Shown here piece by piece: positions 63,001-64,000 of a DNA stretch of 64,000 bases. Source of the DNA: Centroscyllium fabricii. Taxonomy: Eukaryota. Position 1 is the stretch's first letter. Each line of letters opens with the position of its first letter. The DNA is taken from the NCBI GenBank assembly GCA_051313645.2, contig JBNRSN020000019.1, forward strand, positions 20,646,001 through 20,710,000. Reading direction: 5' to 3'. A program made the translations under genes and the position numbers. The notes beneath the pieces were generated by a model, which ran no database searches, was not told where the DNA came from, and saw nothing but the letters and a program-made list of their open reading frames with translations.

Positions 63001-64000
63001 CCATGGTAATGCTTTGGAGGTGGCACTGGAAGTCCAGGCCCAATAATAATGGAGCGCAGAGCTGCGGCAGCACGAAGAATTTAAAATTTTCAAAGTGCAC
63101 GCCCCGTATTGTTAGAGCCACCGCGCAACGTCCGGAGACGTCCGCGGATTCTGACTTTGATGCCATGGAGATCTTTTGGCTCGCTGGCTTAACCTTAAGG
63201 GAGAGGCGCCTTACTGTTTCTGGGTGGACAAAACTCACCGTGCTCCCGCTGTCGAAGAGGCACTCAACGTCTTGTCCGTTCACTTCCACCGTCATCATTG
63301 ACTTTCCGAGTGATTGTGCCTTGTTCTGATCCAAGGTGACTGAAGCTAGTATCGGATTGGTCGAGTCGTCTTGATCCGTAGAGAAGTCGTCTGGGGCCTG
63401 GTCCCAAGCTGGCTGCCGCCATGTGGTGTACTGCGGAGGGGGTGGCTGAGACCAAGATGGCGTCTGCTGCCACGCGGTGGGCTGTGTTGAAGGTGGCTGT
63501 GTCCAAGATGGCTGCCCCCACATCCCACACGCGGCACTGCCCGGTTTCAGTTGCGGCGCTGCAGTTGCCCTGCAGACTTTGGCATAGTGTCCCTTTCTGC
63601 CACATTTTGAGCAGGCCGCGTCTCTTGCCGGGCAGCTCCGTCTCGGATGCTGAGACTGCCCGCAGAAGTAGCATTTGGCCGTCTTAGAGCGAGCGGCCGC
63701 AGTAATTTCTTCCGCCGCCCGTGGCGCCGGCGATGTCCAATTTGTCGGGGCTGGGCCCGCGTAGTTTCCAGAGTATGATGATAAATTCAACGATGCCGCA
63801 TCGAGCGCGTTGCCCAGGTCCGCTGTTGCCTGCAGGTCAAGGCCGTTCTGCTCTAACAGCCTTTGTCTAATATAGTCCGACCTGAGGCCCGTCACATACG
63901 CGTCTCTGATCAGGTTGTCCGCGTGGACCTGGGCCGATTGCTGTTTGCAGTCACAGGCCCGGGAGATTAGTCTCAGCGTGCGTAGGAATTCCACGCTGGA
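60006..64000 (-). mobile_element. Ty3/Gypsy retrotransposon of the same lineage as 33614-38718 (3' LTR 60006-60305); 5' end beyond the window
   Basis: gag knuckles, LFDSGS, YLDN, RNase H, integrase; a few frameshifts; same PPT agaaggggtgaa before TGTGGTAA. Confidence 0.93.

Overview
Repeat-rich vertebrate genomic DNA, most likely a shark or ray (HE1-type V-SINEs and HER1/CR1 LINE tails throughout). One host gene is visible: the 5' part of IQUB on the + strand. It has a CpG-island promoter with an RFX X-box and NRF1 site at about 5.5 kb, a start-codon exon at 11.8 kb, a series of duplicated acidic phase-1 exons, and the conserved ubiquitin-like and KPFLGG exons at 53.5-59.2 kb; the gene continues beyond the window. 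The introns hold many transposable elements: several Ty3/Gypsy LTR elements (one triply nested), CR1, Rex1/Babar and RTEX-like LINEs, Penelope-like termini with hammerhead ribozyme motifs, and hAT, pogo/Tigger-like and Harbinger-like non-autonomous elements. The most unusual feature is a 2.6 kb non-autonomous Gmr1-like LTR retrotransposon (6529-9157) whose interior has been replaced by two intronless host-gene fragments: SLC7A6OS/Iwr1 fused in frame to the gag N-terminus, followed by the zinc fingers of the oocyte 5S-RNA-binding protein p43 (42Sp43, TFIIIA family). A second notable element is a young Gypsy with no tRNA PBS, whose leader is instead a 14-nt perfect complement of its own LTR poly(A)-signal region. 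All family and gene calls come from motif recognition by eye; no searches were run.
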